The notes under the pieces are model-generated. The model made no database searches. It saw nothing but the letters and a program-made list of their open reading frames with translations, and was not told the DNA's origin. From NCBI GenBank assembly GCA_037439645.1, contig JBBIVQ010000008.1, forward strand, positions 6,693-70,692: 64,000 nucleotides of DNA. The letters are read 5' to 3'. The translations under genes and the position numbers were made by a program. Shown here one piece after another: positions 18,956 through 28,110 of the stretch. Source of the DNA: Deltaproteobacteria bacterium. Its GTDB lineage: Bacteria > Desulfobacterota > Deferrimicrobia > Deferrimicrobiales > Deferrimicrobiaceae. Within the stretch, counting starts at the first letter, position 1. Every line of letters begins with the position of its first letter.

Positions 18956-19366
18956 CTACACGCGCGCCGAGTCGTCGATCGCCATACGCATCATCCGCAT
19001 CTTCCGGGCGATGAGCGTCATCGCCGTCATATATCCGACGGTGTTCTCCGCCGATTTCGTCATCTCCTTCTCGAGGACCACGTTGTTCCCGTCGACACGG
19101 ACCGGGTCCCCCTCGGTCTCGAGGGGAGGGGCGACCGGGCCGGAGCTTCCGGAAGGTGTACCGATGTGGCGGGGGTTTGTCGCCCTCGGCCCCTCGGAGG
19201 TCCCCGATTCGGCGCGGGAAAGGAACGCATCGAACGGGACTTCGCGGGACAGGTACCCCGGGGTTTCCGTGTTCGCGATGTTGGAAGCCACCACCTCCTG
19301 GCGGGCGACGCGGTAATCCGCGACCCTCTGGAGATACCGCATCGCGGGATCGAACAGGATGTTCAT
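18956..19366 (-). CDS. flgB: Rod protein FlgB
   Basis: RQEVVASNIANTETPGY and DGNNVVLEKEM motifs; ATG at 19366 preceded by GGAGG. Confidence 0.96.
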   Translation of the reverse strand: MNILFDPAMRYLQRVADYRVARQEVVASNIANTETPGYLSREVPFDAFLSRAESGTSEGPRATNPRHIGTPSGSSGPVAPPLETEGDPVRVDGNNVVLEKEMTKSAENTVGYMTAMTLIARKMRMMRMAIDDSARV

Positions 19367-19395
19367 CGGCCGTTCCTCCTTCCGAAGGTACCGTA

Positions 19396-19411
19396 TCCAA
19401 GTTCCGTGCCG
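19396..19411 (-). promoter_or_regulatory. Putative sigma54 promoter of the flgB operon (non-canonical -12)
   Basis: Minus strand CGGCACGGAACTTGGA, 30 bp before the flgB ATG; GG instead of GC at -12. Confidence 0.55.
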
Positions 19412-19471
19412 ATCTGCCGGGATGCACGGTGCGGGTGATTCCGCCGCTTTCCCGCGGGTACGGGAATGCGG

Positions 19472-19488
19472 GCCCGGCAAATATTTCC
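19472..19488 (-). promoter_or_regulatory. Putative FlgR/FleR enhancer site
   Basis: Minus strand GGAAATATTTGCCGGGC matches GGAAAATCTTGCCGGGC upstream of flgF at 14/17 positions. Confidence 0.45.
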
Positions 19489-19508
19489 CACCTTCACGGA
19501 AAATTCGT

Positions 19509-20858
19509 TCACGGGATCGCCTCGCCGTCGAGCCGGTACGCGCGGATCTTGTTTCGCAACGTCCGGACGCTGATCCCCAGTTCCACGGCGGCGCGGCTCC
19601 GGTTTCCCTTCACCCTGTCGAGCGTGGAGAGGATCAGGGCTTTCTCTGCGCTCCGGACGGACCCGTCCGCGGGGCCCGGCGGAGGATCGGGCCGATACGG
19701 CGCTTCCTCCGGGTCGGCGAGGATGGAGGCGCCGATTTCCCCTCCGCGCGACGCGAGGACCGCCCGCTCCACCCGGTTCATCAACTCGCGTACGTTCCCG
19801 GGATACGGGAGGGAGAGGAGGAGCCGTCGGGCATCCTCCGTGAACGTCGGCGGCGGATACCCGTACTCCGCCGCGCGCTTCGCGGCGAAATGGCGGGCGA
19901 TCGGCACGATGTCCTCCGTCCGTTTCCGGAGAGGGGGGAGGACGATCGGGACGACGTTCAAGCGGTGGAAGAGGTCCTCCCGGAAGGTGCCGAGGGAGAT
20001 CGCTTCCCGGAGATTCCGGTTCGTCGTCGCGATCACGCGAAGACGCACGGAGACGGGCGTCGTTCCGCCGACGCGTTCGAAGGACCGCTCCTGGAGGACC
20101 CGGAGAAGTTTCGCCTGGAGGCGCGGATCCATCTCCCCGACCTCGTCGAGGAGGAGCGTCCCCCCGGCCGCCATCTCGAATTTTCCGGGCTTCCGGGAAG
20201 CGGCGCCCGTAAACGCTCCCTTCTCGTGCCCGAACAGTTCGCTTTCGAGGAGTCCCTCCGGGATGGCGGCGCAATTGACGGCGACGAACGGCGAGGAAGG
20301 CTGTGTCGAATTCGCGTGGATGTACCTGGCGAGCACCTCTTTCCCCGTTCCGCTTTCCCCCGTGACGAGGACCGTTGCCATTCCTTTCGCGACGTGCCGG
20401 GCGAGGGAGAGGATCTCCTGCATCGCTTTCCCCTGCGCCACGAGAGTTTCCTCGCCGGGGGCGCCCGCGGAATCCGCCCTCCGGGCGCCCGGGGAGGGGA
20501 GGCAGGAGCGGAGGATCCGCTCGAGTTGGGCGGGCAGGAACGGCTTGAGGAGGAAGTCCGCGGCGCCGCACTTCATGGCGGCGACGGCCGTTTGCACCGT
20601 TCCGTAAGCGGTGAGGAGAACGAACGGGGCGGGGTTCCCCCGCCGCCGGAGCGTTTCGAGCAGTTCGATCCCCGTCATCCCCGGCATCTTCAGGTCGGAA
20701 ACGACGGCATCGCAAGCGGACGTCGCGGCGCACTCGAGGGCCCTTTCCCCGGACTCCGCGATCGCCACGTCGTACCCGGCGCGCGACAGGAACGCCGACA
20801 TCGCCTCCCGGACGCCCGGATCGTCGTCCACCAGGAGGATCCGCGGTGATGCGTTCAA
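19509..20858 (-). CDS. Sigma54-dependent response regulator (FlgR/FleR/FlrC type)
   Basis: REC (ILLVDDD..VVSDLKMP), AAA+ ([23 protein letters not shown]), Fis-type HTH; the TTG start overlaps the kinase stop. Confidence 0.93.
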   Translation of the reverse strand: MNASPRILLVDDDPGVREAMSAFLSRAGYDVAIAESGERALECAATSACDAVVSDLKMPGMTGIELLETLRRRGNPAPFVLLTAYGTVQTAVAAMKCGAADFLLKPFLPAQLERILRSCLPSPGARRADSAGAPGEETLVAQGKAMQEILSLARHVAKGMATVLVTGESGTGKEVLARYIHANSTQPSSPFVAVNCAAIPEGLLESELFGHEKGAFTGAASRKPGKFEMAAGGTLLLDEVGEMDPRLQAKLLRVLQERSFERVGGTTPVSVRLRVIATTNRNLREAISLGTFREDLFHRLNVVPIVLPPLRKRTEDIVPIARHFAAKRAAEYGYPPPTFTEDARRLLLSLPYPGNVRELMNRVERAVLASRGGEIGASILADPEEAPYRPDPPPGPADGSVRSAEKALILSTLDRVKGNRSRAAVELGISVRTLRNKIRAYRLDGEAIP

Positions 20859-22111
20859 GAGCGCCCGCCTTCCGTCGCCCGGCATTGCGGGACGAGCAGG
20901 GAGACGGCCGTCCCTTCCTTCACCCGGCTTTGCACCTCGACGAACCCGTCGAGCGAGAGCAGGATCGACTGCACCACGGTGAGCCCGAGGCCTGTCCCTT
21001 CCCTTCGTGTCGTGAAGAACGGATCGAAGATCCGCTGCAACGCTTCCTCCGGAATCCCGTCCCCCGTGTCCGCGAACCGGAAGCGCACGTACGCTTCTTC
21101 CCGCCCCCCGTTTCGGAGGAAGTGGCGGGAGATCCGGATCGACAGGCGCTTCTCCCCCTTCTCCCGCATCGCCTGGACGGCGTTGAGGAGAACGTTCAGG
21201 AACGCCTGCCTCAAGAGCGCCGGATCCGAAACCACCGACTCCCCGGGGATCAGGTTCTCGATCGTGACGTCGATCCCCCGGTCCGAAAGGATCGGGCGGG
21301 CCTGTTCGACGCATTCCCGGATCTCCTCCCCGGGATCGAACGGGCGCCCCTCGGGCCTGTGGTCCCGGAGGAAGCCGAGCATGTTGGACACCGTGTTTTC
21401 GATCGTTCCCAGCACCCCCTCGAGTTTTCCGAGGTTGAAGAGGGCGGCGTCCCCGCTCGCGGCCCGGATGTCCCGGACCGCCATGTCGAGGAAGAGGCGG
21501 GAAGACGTCAGCGGGTTGCGGATCTCGTGCGCGATGCGGGCGGCCATCTCCCCCATGGAAGCGAGTCCCCGGGCGCGCTCGGACCGCTCCGCGAGGAGGC
21601 GTTCGTCCGTCACATCCTCGAGCACGAGGAGATATGCGCCGGTCACGCCGCCAGGATCCGTCAGCGGCGTGCAGGACACCTTCAGGCGAAGCGGTTCCCC
21701 CCTCCTTCCCTCCACCGTTGCGATGACCGGTTCCGCCGATCCCCGGCAGCGGGCGACGGCGCGGGACGCGTCGGAGAATTCATCCAGGGCTTCCCCGGGT
21801 TCCGGGGAGCGCGGAAGCGCCATCAGGCGCTCCGCCGCGCCGTTGCTGGCGACGATCTTCCCGGAGGGGTCCGTCACCACGACGCCGTTGGGCATCCGCT
21901 CGAGAATTTCCGTGAGGAAGAGGCGCCAGCGGCGGTGCTCCTCCAGCCCCCGCGCGAGACGGGCGTTCTTCTCCTCGACCTCGCCGCGCAGCCGCGCGAC
22001 CTCCCGGTGGAGGCGCTCATGCTCGCCCCGGAGCGCCGCGCTCGCTTCCTCGAACAGGGAAAACGCCTGCGCGAGGGATCTCCGGTCGTCGCGCGCCGCC
22101 GCCGGGATCAC
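20855..22111 (-). CDS. Cytoplasmic PAS sensor histidine kinase (FlgS/FleS/FlrB type)
   Basis: N-terminal coiled coil (LAQAFSLFEEAS), PAS, H-box AHEIRNPL, N/G boxes (NAVQA, DTGDGI, FDPFFTT, GTGLGL); no TM helix; GTG overlaps the upstream stop. Confidence 0.93.
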   Translation of the reverse strand: MIPAAARDDRRSLAQAFSLFEEASAALRGEHERLHREVARLRGEVEEKNARLARGLEEHRRWRLFLTEILERMPNGVVVTDPSGKIVASNGAAERLMALPRSPEPGEALDEFSDASRAVARCRGSAEPVIATVEGRRGEPLRLKVSCTPLTDPGGVTGAYLLVLEDVTDERLLAERSERARGLASMGEMAARIAHEIRNPLTSSRLFLDMAVRDIRAASGDAALFNLGKLEGVLGTIENTVSNMLGFLRDHRPEGRPFDPGEEIRECVEQARPILSDRGIDVTIENLIPGESVVSDPALLRQAFLNVLLNAVQAMREKGEKRLSIRISRHFLRNGGREEAYVRFRFADTGDGIPEEALQRIFDPFFTTRREGTGLGLTVVQSILLSLDGFVEVQSRVKEGTAVSLLVPQCRATEGGRS

Positions 22112-23880
22112 AGGCCGCCCCCGCCGTCGGACAGGAGCCGGCGATACCGTTCCTGCGACCGTTCGTAGGCCGAGTAAAGATCGTTCTGCGCCGGGGCGGG
22201 GCCGCTCCCCTTCATCATCCCGACGGAATCCGTCCACTTCCCCTGGAGGGCGCGGGCGAAGGCGAGGAACTCCTTTTCCCGCTCCGCCGCCGTCTCTTTC
22301 CCCGCTTCCGTCGCCGGACCCATCGCCCCGATCCGCACCAGCAGTTTGGCGGCGTCCTCGTACCTCCCTTCGCGGAAGCGGATCCTCGCCAGGAGACGCA
22401 ACGCGGGACGGGACGTCTCCGCGGCGGGATTCCGGATGTTCAATTCCGACGCGGCGCCTTGCAGGTCCCCCTCCCAATATCGCTTCTCGGCCGCCTCGAT
22501 GCGGAGCATGCTCCGGCTCGCGGCGGCATCCCCCGCGGCGAAGTAAAGCGCGGCGGCTCCGCCCCACAGCCCCGCGGTTTCCCATTCCGTTCCGATGGCC
22601 CGATACAGCGCCTTCCCTTCGGGAGCCCTGCCGTAGGCGAAGAGGTACTCCGTCATCGCCGTCCAGCGATCCGCCGGACGCTTCCGCGAAATTTCCGCCA
22701 CGAAGGCGGCCCCGGCCCGGGCGGCCATCGTCCGCATGCCGGAGTCGCCGGGTTTCCCCGCGAAGCGGCCGAGGTACGCCTGGGACTCCTTGAGGACGGT
22801 CTCGTAATCCGAAAGGAGGAAGCGCGCGAGCACCCACTTGTATGCGGCCTCCCTCGCCACGTCCGGGAGAGGGCACGTCGCGAGGTTGCGGTACGACGCG
22901 GACGCCGCTTCGCGGCTGCCCGACGCGGATTCGATGTCCGCCTTCCGGAGCAGGATCCACCAGTGGACCATCGGCGTCGCCCTGCCCCCGGCCTGCTCGT
23001 AGGCGACCCGCGCCCCGGCGAGATCTTTCCGGAGAAGGAGGGCGTCCCCCTCGCCGAGAAGGGAGGCACAACCGGCATCGGCCGCCGTCGACCCGTCCCG
23101 GACCTTCCGGAAGATGCCGAGGGCTTCATCGGACTTTCCCGTGGAGAGGAGCGTTTCCCCGAACCGGATCGACTCGTACGGGAACTTGCGGGGAGCATCC
23201 GCCCCCGCGAGCAATTTCCGGTACAGCGGCTCCGCGTACGCGATGTTTCCCATCAGGAAACTCATGTCCGCGATCCGCAGGCCGATTCTCCGCCGGGTGT
23301 CGTCGTCCCATCTTCCACCCGACGCACGGCGGAACGATTCCCTTGCGGCGAGATGGTTCCCCATGCGCGCGAGCGCTTCCCCCTTCAACAGGTTGAAGGA
23401 CGAGATCGAGGAACCTTTGCCGGATCGTTCGATCAGGCGGCCGAGGATGTCGGACGCTTCCATGTACCGCCGGTCCCGGAAAAAGAGACGCGCCGCCTGT
23501 TTCAGCGCGACGAACCCGGTCTCCCCGGACCGGTCGGCGGCGTAGGCACGCATGTAGAGACGGGCGGATTCCTCGGCGGTTCCCCCGGACCGCTCCCTGG
23601 CCAAGGCGTGCCGGAACAGCGGGCCGCCCTGAGACGATGCGTCGGATTCCGCGTTCCGCAACTCCGCCGGGGACGGCACCCACGGGAAACCGGGAGAGTC
23701 CATGTTCCACTCCGGAAGATCCCGGAAGAACGCCTGGCGCTCCCAGGCGAGTTCGGGGGATTCGGGAACGGGGGGAAACGGAACCCGACCCTCCGCCACG
23801 CGGGAGATGAGGAGGAAGACGGCCCACAGGAGGGCGAGAAGGCAAAGGGACCGATTTTGTCGTTTCCGGAAGGGTCGCAT
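22108..23880 (-). CDS. Exported TPR-repeat protein
   Basis: Hydrophobic N-terminal signal/TM (LCLLALLWAVFLLIS) followed by multiple TPR-like helical repeats. Confidence 0.82.
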   Translation of the reverse strand: MRPFRKRQNRSLCLLALLWAVFLLISRVAEGRVPFPPVPESPELAWERQAFFRDLPEWNMDSPGFPWVPSPAELRNAESDASSQGGPLFRHALARERSGGTAEESARLYMRAYAADRSGETGFVALKQAARLFFRDRRYMEASDILGRLIERSGKGSSISSFNLLKGEALARMGNHLAARESFRRASGGRWDDDTRRRIGLRIADMSFLMGNIAYAEPLYRKLLAGADAPRKFPYESIRFGETLLSTGKSDEALGIFRKVRDGSTAADAGCASLLGEGDALLLRKDLAGARVAYEQAGGRATPMVHWWILLRKADIESASGSREAASASYRNLATCPLPDVAREAAYKWVLARFLLSDYETVLKESQAYLGRFAGKPGDSGMRTMAARAGAAFVAEISRKRPADRWTAMTEYLFAYGRAPEGKALYRAIGTEWETAGLWGGAAALYFAAGDAAASRSMLRIEAAEKRYWEGDLQGAASELNIRNPAAETSRPALRLLARIRFREGRYEDAAKLLVRIGAMGPATEAGKETAAEREKEFLAFARALQGKWTDSVGMMKGSGPAPAQNDLYSAYERSQERYRRLLSDGGGGL

Positions 23881-23894
23881 CGCGAGCGATGAAT

Positions 23895-23910
23895 GGCAAG
23901 AGGCGTGCCG
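23895..23910 (-). promoter_or_regulatory. Sigma54 promoter of the TPR-kinase-regulator operon
   Basis: Minus strand CGGCACGCCTCTTGCC, canonical GG-N10-GC. Confidence 0.75.
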
Positions 23911-24006
23911 GGGAGATGGATACGGGAAACTTGCCGATATGTCATCGAAAACCGGTGCAGGGGTGGGCGGGGAACGGCCGGAGGGACGTCAAACTTTCCC
24001 CGGGTC

Positions 24007-24020
24007 GTCAGATGTTTGAC
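24007..24020. promoter_or_regulatory. Putative FleQ-type enhancer box
   Basis: GTCAGATGTTTGAC (GTCA-N6-TGAC), about 100 bp upstream of the sigma54 site and overlapping the regulator's own stop codon. Confidence 0.6.
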
Positions 24021-25393
24021 ATCACCTCGATGTTTTTCCGTTTCAGCATTTCGACGAACGTGGTCCGTTTCAACCCGAGCAGCATCGCCGCCCGGTTCTT
24101 GTTTCCCCCGGCGATCCGGAGGGCCTGGCTGATCAGCGAGTTCTCGAATTGTTCGGTCGCGCTCCGGATGTCGAGGCCGCCTTCCCCGAGCATCGGGGTG
24201 GAGGAGCACGGGGGCGGATCCGACTGGCGCATCTTTTCCGGGATGTCCCGGATCTCGATCCTGCCCGTTCCCTTGAGCACGGTGATCCGCTCGATCAGGT
24301 TTTCCAGCTCCCGGATGTTCCCCGGCCACGGGTACCTCTGGAGAAGGGCCAGCGCATCGGGATGGATTCCTTCGATCGTCCGGGATTTTTCCCGGTTGCA
24401 CTTCTCCACGAAATGGGTGATCAGGAGGGGAATGTCTCCGGTCCGCTCCCGAAGGGGGGGGATGCGGATCGGGATCACGTTCAGGCGAAAGTAGAGGTCG
24501 GCGCGGAACCGGCCTTTCCCGACCTCGTCGTCGAGATCCTTGTTTGTGGCGGCGACGACACGTGCGTCGACGTGGACGGTTTTCGTCCCTCCCACCGGGG
24601 TGAACGATTTTTCCTGCAGGACGCGGAGCAGCTTCGCCTGCAGGTGAGGGCTCATCTCCGCGATCTCGTCGAGGAAGATGGTCCCGTTGTCGGCCAGTTC
24701 GAACCGTCCGACCCGCGCCATGTGCGCCCCGGTGAACGCGCCCTTCACGTGGCCGAACAGCTCGCTTTCGAGCAGGTCGGCCGGGATCGCCGAGCAGTTG
24801 ATGGGGACGAGCATCCGCTCGGCCCGGGGGCTCAACCCGTGGATCGCGCGGGCGACCAGTTCCTTCCCCGTCCCGCTCTCCCCGAGGACGAGGATCGTCG
24901 AATCGGTGTCGGCCACCTTCCGGACGAGGTCGATCACGTCGAGGATGGCCTTGCTGTCCCCGATGATGTTCTGCAGGCCGTACCGGTCGCGGACCTGCGT
25001 CTTCAGGTGGATGTTCTCCTTCCGGACACTGGTCACGTCGAGGAGACGGTCGACCAGTTGTACGACCTCTTCGGCGTCGAACGGTTTCGTGACGTAATGG
25101 AACGCGCCCATCTTCATCGCCTTGACGGCGGATTCGACGGTCGCGTACCCGGTCATCAGGACGACTTCGGCGGACGGCTGGGCCTTGCGGGCGTGGGCGA
25201 GGACCGCCAGGCCGTCGGCCCCCGGCATCTTCAGGTCGGTGAGGATGACGTCGACCGGGGTCTGATCGAGGATCTCGATCGCCTCGGTTCCGGTGCGGGA
25301 GATGTGAACATTCAGATCGGGGCGTTCAAAAGCGGTGCGAAGCAGTTCCCGGACGACCTCGTCGTCCTCTGCGATCAGTAATGATTTCTTCAT
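24008..25393 (-). CDS. Sigma54-dependent master regulator (FleQ/FlrA-like, intact REC domain)
   Basis: REC ([15 protein letters not shown]), [15 protein letters not shown]-terminal [25 protein letters not shown] typical of FleQ/FlrA. Confidence 0.9.
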   Translation of the reverse strand: MKKSLLIAEDDEVVRELLRTAFERPDLNVHISRTGTEAIEILDQTPVDVILTDLKMPGADGLAVLAHARKAQPSAEVVLMTGYATVESAVKAMKMGAFHYVTKPFDAEEVVQLVDRLLDVTSVRKENIHLKTQVRDRYGLQNIIGDSKAILDVIDLVRKVADTDSTILVLGESGTGKELVARAIHGLSPRAERMLVPINCSAIPADLLESELFGHVKGAFTGAHMARVGRFELADNGTIFLDEIAEMSPHLQAKLLRVLQEKSFTPVGGTKTVHVDARVVAATNKDLDDEVGKGRFRADLYFRLNVIPIRIPPLRERTGDIPLLITHFVEKCNREKSRTIEGIHPDALALLQRYPWPGNIRELENLIERITVLKGTGRIEIRDIPEKMRQSDPPPCSSTPMLGEGGLDIRSATEQFENSLISQALRIAGGNKNRAAMLLGLKRTTFVEMLKRKNIEVMSNI

Positions 25394-25397
25394 CGGC

Positions 25398-25425
25398 TAA
25401 AGTTTACCCAAAGTCGTGCCGAAGA
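25398..25425 (+). promoter_or_regulatory. Sigma28 (FliA) promoter of motAB
   Basis: TAAA-N16-GCCGAAGA. Confidence 0.75.
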
Positions 25426-25475
25426 ACAAACGGTAATCCTTGCGCCGATTTGGCGGACGACACAGGGGGGTTCAA

Positions 25476-26243
25476 GTGGATCTTGCTTCCATCGTCGGTC
25501 TGGTCTTCGGGATCGGCGCCGTCCTCATGGGGCAGGCGCTCGAAGGGGGGAGCATCAGCTCGATCCTGCAGCCGACCGCCGCGATGATCGTCTTCGGCGG
25601 GACGATCGGCGCCACGATGGCCGGTTTTCCGCTCTCCGCCGCCAAGGGCGCCGCGGCGGGGGTGATGAAGGTCTTCTTCGGCGGCGCGTCGAAGGAGCAC
25701 GAATACATCGCCGAGATCACCCGGTACGCCGCCAAGGCGAGGAAAAACGGGATCATCTCCCTGGAGGCGGACATCAAGGCGGCCAAGGACCCGTTCCTTC
25801 AGAAGGCGTTGCGCTTCGTCGTCGACGGGGTCGATCCGAAGGTCCTCCAGGGGATCCTCGAAACGGAGATCGGGAAGCTCGACGAGGCGGGGGAGTCGCC
25901 GTCGAAATTCTTCGAATCCGCGGGGGGGTTCGCTCCCACGATCGGGATCATCGGGGCGGTCCTCGGGCTCATCCAGGTGATGCAGAACCTGTCCGACCCG
26001 TCGAAACTGGGGGAAGGGATCGCCGTGGCATTCGTGGCCACCGTGTACGGCGTCGGTTCCGCCAACCTCATCTTCCTTCCCTTCGCGGGGAAGCTCAAGT
26101 ACCGGCACAAGAGGGACATCGCGGCGAAGGCGATGATCCTCGAGGGGATCCTCGCCATGCAGGCCGGGGAACATCCCCAGATCATCGAGGAACGGTTGAA
26201 GGCCTACATCGAGGAGGCCGGGCCGAAGGAAAAGAAGAAATAG
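25476..26243 (+). CDS. motA: Stator protein MotA
   Basis: ARKNGIISLE, GGFAPTIGIIGAVLGLI, AFVATVYG; GTG start at 25476 after a G-rich RBS. Confidence 0.97.
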   Translation: MDLASIVGLVFGIGAVLMGQALEGGSISSILQPTAAMIVFGGTIGATMAGFPLSAAKGAAAGVMKVFFGGASKEHEYIAEITRYAAKARKNGIISLEADIKAAKDPFLQKALRFVVDGVDPKVLQGILETEIGKLDEAGESPSKFFESAGGFAPTIGIIGAVLGLIQVMQNLSDPSKLGEGIAVAFVATVYGVGSANLIFLPFAGKLKYRHKRDIAAKAMILEGILAMQAGEHPQIIEERLKAYIEEAGPKEKKK

Positions 26244-26258
26244 GAAGGAACGGGAACC

Positions 26259-27011
26259 GTGGCGAGGAAAAAGAAACCGGAGGAGCACGCCAACCACGAA
26301 CGGTGGCTGGTGTCGTACGCCGATTTCATCACCCTGCTGTTCGCCTTCTTCACCACGATGTACGCCATCTCCACCGCGGACACGGCGAAACTCCAGAAAC
26401 TGGTCGGCTCGATGCAGGGGGCGTTCGGCGGCGAGGTGACGAAGATACTGCCCGAGGCCGGGAAAACCCCGTTCGCCGCGGAGATGCCGAACAACTCCCC
26501 CGGTCCCCCGCTTGCATTCAACGTGTCGCGGACCGAGGCGGACGTCTTCCACGGGATCCAGGACCGGATCGGGAAGTTCCTGGTCAAGGGGATCGACGAG
26601 GGGAAAATTCTCGTGATCGTGTCGGACAGGGGCCTGATCATCCGGATCGCCGAGGAGGGGCTTTTCCGCCCGGGAGAGGCGGAAATCAACCCCGGGGCTG
26701 GGGAGATCCTGAGGGAGATCGCCCTCTCGCTGATCGACATCCCCAACTTCGTCCGGATCGAGGGGCACACCGACGCGGTTCCCGTCCGATCCGCCCGTTT
26801 CCCGTCGAACTGGGAACTCTCCACGGCGAGGGCGTCGAGGATCGTCCGCTGGTTCATCGAGCGGGAGCATTTCCCGGCCGAGCGCCTGTCGGCCGGCGGG
26901 TACGGGGAGCATCGCCCCGCGGCCACCAATTCGACGGTGGAAGGGCGCCGGGCGAATCGGCGGGTGGAGATCATCGTGCTCAGGAACCGGTTCGCGGTCA
27001 CGGAACCGTAG
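26259..27011 (+). CDS. motB: Stator protein MotB
   Basis: WLVSYADFITLL (conserved Asp); OmpA-like domain EGHTD, NWELSTARA, NRRVEI. Confidence 0.97.
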   Translation: MARKKKPEEHANHERWLVSYADFITLLFAFFTTMYAISTADTAKLQKLVGSMQGAFGGEVTKILPEAGKTPFAAEMPNNSPGPPLAFNVSRTEADVFHGIQDRIGKFLVKGIDEGKILVIVSDRGLIIRIAEEGLFRPGEAEINPGAGEILREIALSLIDIPNFVRIEGHTDAVPVRSARFPSNWELSTARASRIVRWFIEREHFPAERLSAGGYGEHRPAATNSTVEGRRANRRVEIIVLRNRFAVTEP

Positions 27012-27059
27012 ATGGAACATCAGGATTCGGTCAAGAAACGGGGAATCAGCCCATCCCGC

Positions 27060-27087
27060 TAAAGTTTTTTCCGCCTTCCGCCGATAC
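27060..27087 (+). promoter_or_regulatory. Sigma28 promoter
   Basis: TAAAGTTT...GCCGATAC with a 16-bp spacer, upstream of the ORF at 27118. Confidence 0.8.
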
Positions 27088-27117
27088 ATTGTACAGAGGG
27101 ATCGTAACGGGGGAGAG

Positions 27118-27327
27118 ATGAACCTCTCGGTGACACAGGTCCGCAACGTGCTTCGGACGTACCAGAAGCAGGTGCGGGAGGAACGGGTGAAAGGGATCCT
27201 CGGCGTGGACGAGGAACCGTCGCGCTGGAAGGATCGCCTCGACATCTCCCACGAGGGCCGGAACCGTCTCCAGGGGAAACCACCGGGGAACGACGCGCCC
27301 GACGATCCCGCCGCCTCCCGGTCATAG
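27118..27327 (+). CDS. Small DVU0524-like (FlgM-associated) protein
   Basis: QVRNVLRTYQKQ and DRLDISHEGR motifs; RBS GGGGAG; own sigma28 promoter. Confidence 0.7.
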   Translation: MNLSVTQVRNVLRTYQKQVREERVKGILGVDEEPSRWKDRLDISHEGRNRLQGKPPGNDAPDDPAASRS

Positions 27328-27340
27328 CCGGACCGGTTCG

Positions 27341-27934
27341 ATGTCCTCCCCGTTCCATCCCGTCGAGGAGACGGTCTCCCCTTCCATCCTGATCGTGGAC
27401 GACGACGAGGCGATCTGCGAGGTCCTGGCGGCGTACCTTCGTCCGCTCGGCTACCGCATCCGGGTTACGCACACCGGGCAATCCGCGCTCGCCGCGCTCC
27501 GCGAGGAAAGCCCCGACGTGGCCCTCCTCGACCTCCGGCTCACCGACATGTCCGGACAGGAGGTCCACCGCCGGATCCGGGAGAGCCACCTCGACACGGA
27601 GGTCATCATCGTCACCGGATTCGCCTCCCTCGATTCCGCCCTCGATGCGATCAAATCCGGCGCCTTCGACTACATCGTCAAGCCGTTCAAGCTAGGGGAA
27701 ATCGGGATCTCCGTCCGGAACGCGCTGGACCGGATCGGACTGAAGAAACAGAACCGGGAACTGGCCGCGAAGGTCCGGGATCTGACGCGGCGCCTCGAAC
27801 GGACGGGAGCCCTCGACCGCGTTCCCGTCGTGCGGTTCGACGGGGTGCCGTTCGAGCGGTCCCTTTCGGAGAGGACGAGCCCGGCCGCCGTGTACGGGGC
27901 CGCCGCCGGAAGGAAACCGAAGCCAAATCCGTGA
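27341..27934 (+). CDS. Response regulator (REC + coiled coil, no recognisable output domain)
   Basis: ILIVDDD..ALLDLRL..VTG..YIVKPF, then a coiled coil and a low-complexity tail. Confidence 0.88.
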   Translation: MSSPFHPVEETVSPSILIVDDDEAICEVLAAYLRPLGYRIRVTHTGQSALAALREESPDVALLDLRLTDMSGQEVHRRIRESHLDTEVIIVTGFASLDSALDAIKSGAFDYIVKPFKLGEIGISVRNALDRIGLKKQNRELAAKVRDLTRRLERTGALDRVPVVRFDGVPFERSLSERTSPAAVYGAAAGRKPKPNP

Positions 27935-27950
27935 CGGCCGTTCCTCGACC

Positions 27951-27964
27951 GTCAATCCCCCGAC
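27951..27964. promoter_or_regulatory. Putative FleQ-type enhancer box
   Basis: GTCAATCCCCCGAC, about 95 bp upstream of the sigma54 site at 28056. Confidence 0.45.
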
Positions 27965-28055
27965 GGAATCCGAAGTCGGGACCGCTCGCGGACGTCCTGC
28001 TGTAACCAATCGGAACAACAACTGAAATCGGCGCAGCGCCGGCGTGCCCGGTCTC

Positions 28056-28071
28056 TGGCATGCTCGGTGCA
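28056..28071 (+). promoter_or_regulatory. Sigma54 promoter of the DGC-PilZ operon
   Basis: TGGCATGCTCGGTGCA, canonical GG-N10-GC. Confidence 0.72.
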
Positions 28072-28110
28072 ACATCACCGGCATCCTTTCATTTCCTCAA
28101 GGAGGGAGCG

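Noticed and set aside
25407-25422. Sigma54-like CGGCACGACTTTGG on the minus strand upstream of the FleQ-like gene
   Set aside because: Spacing and -12 match are poor, and the sequence is explained by the overlapping sigma28 -10 box.
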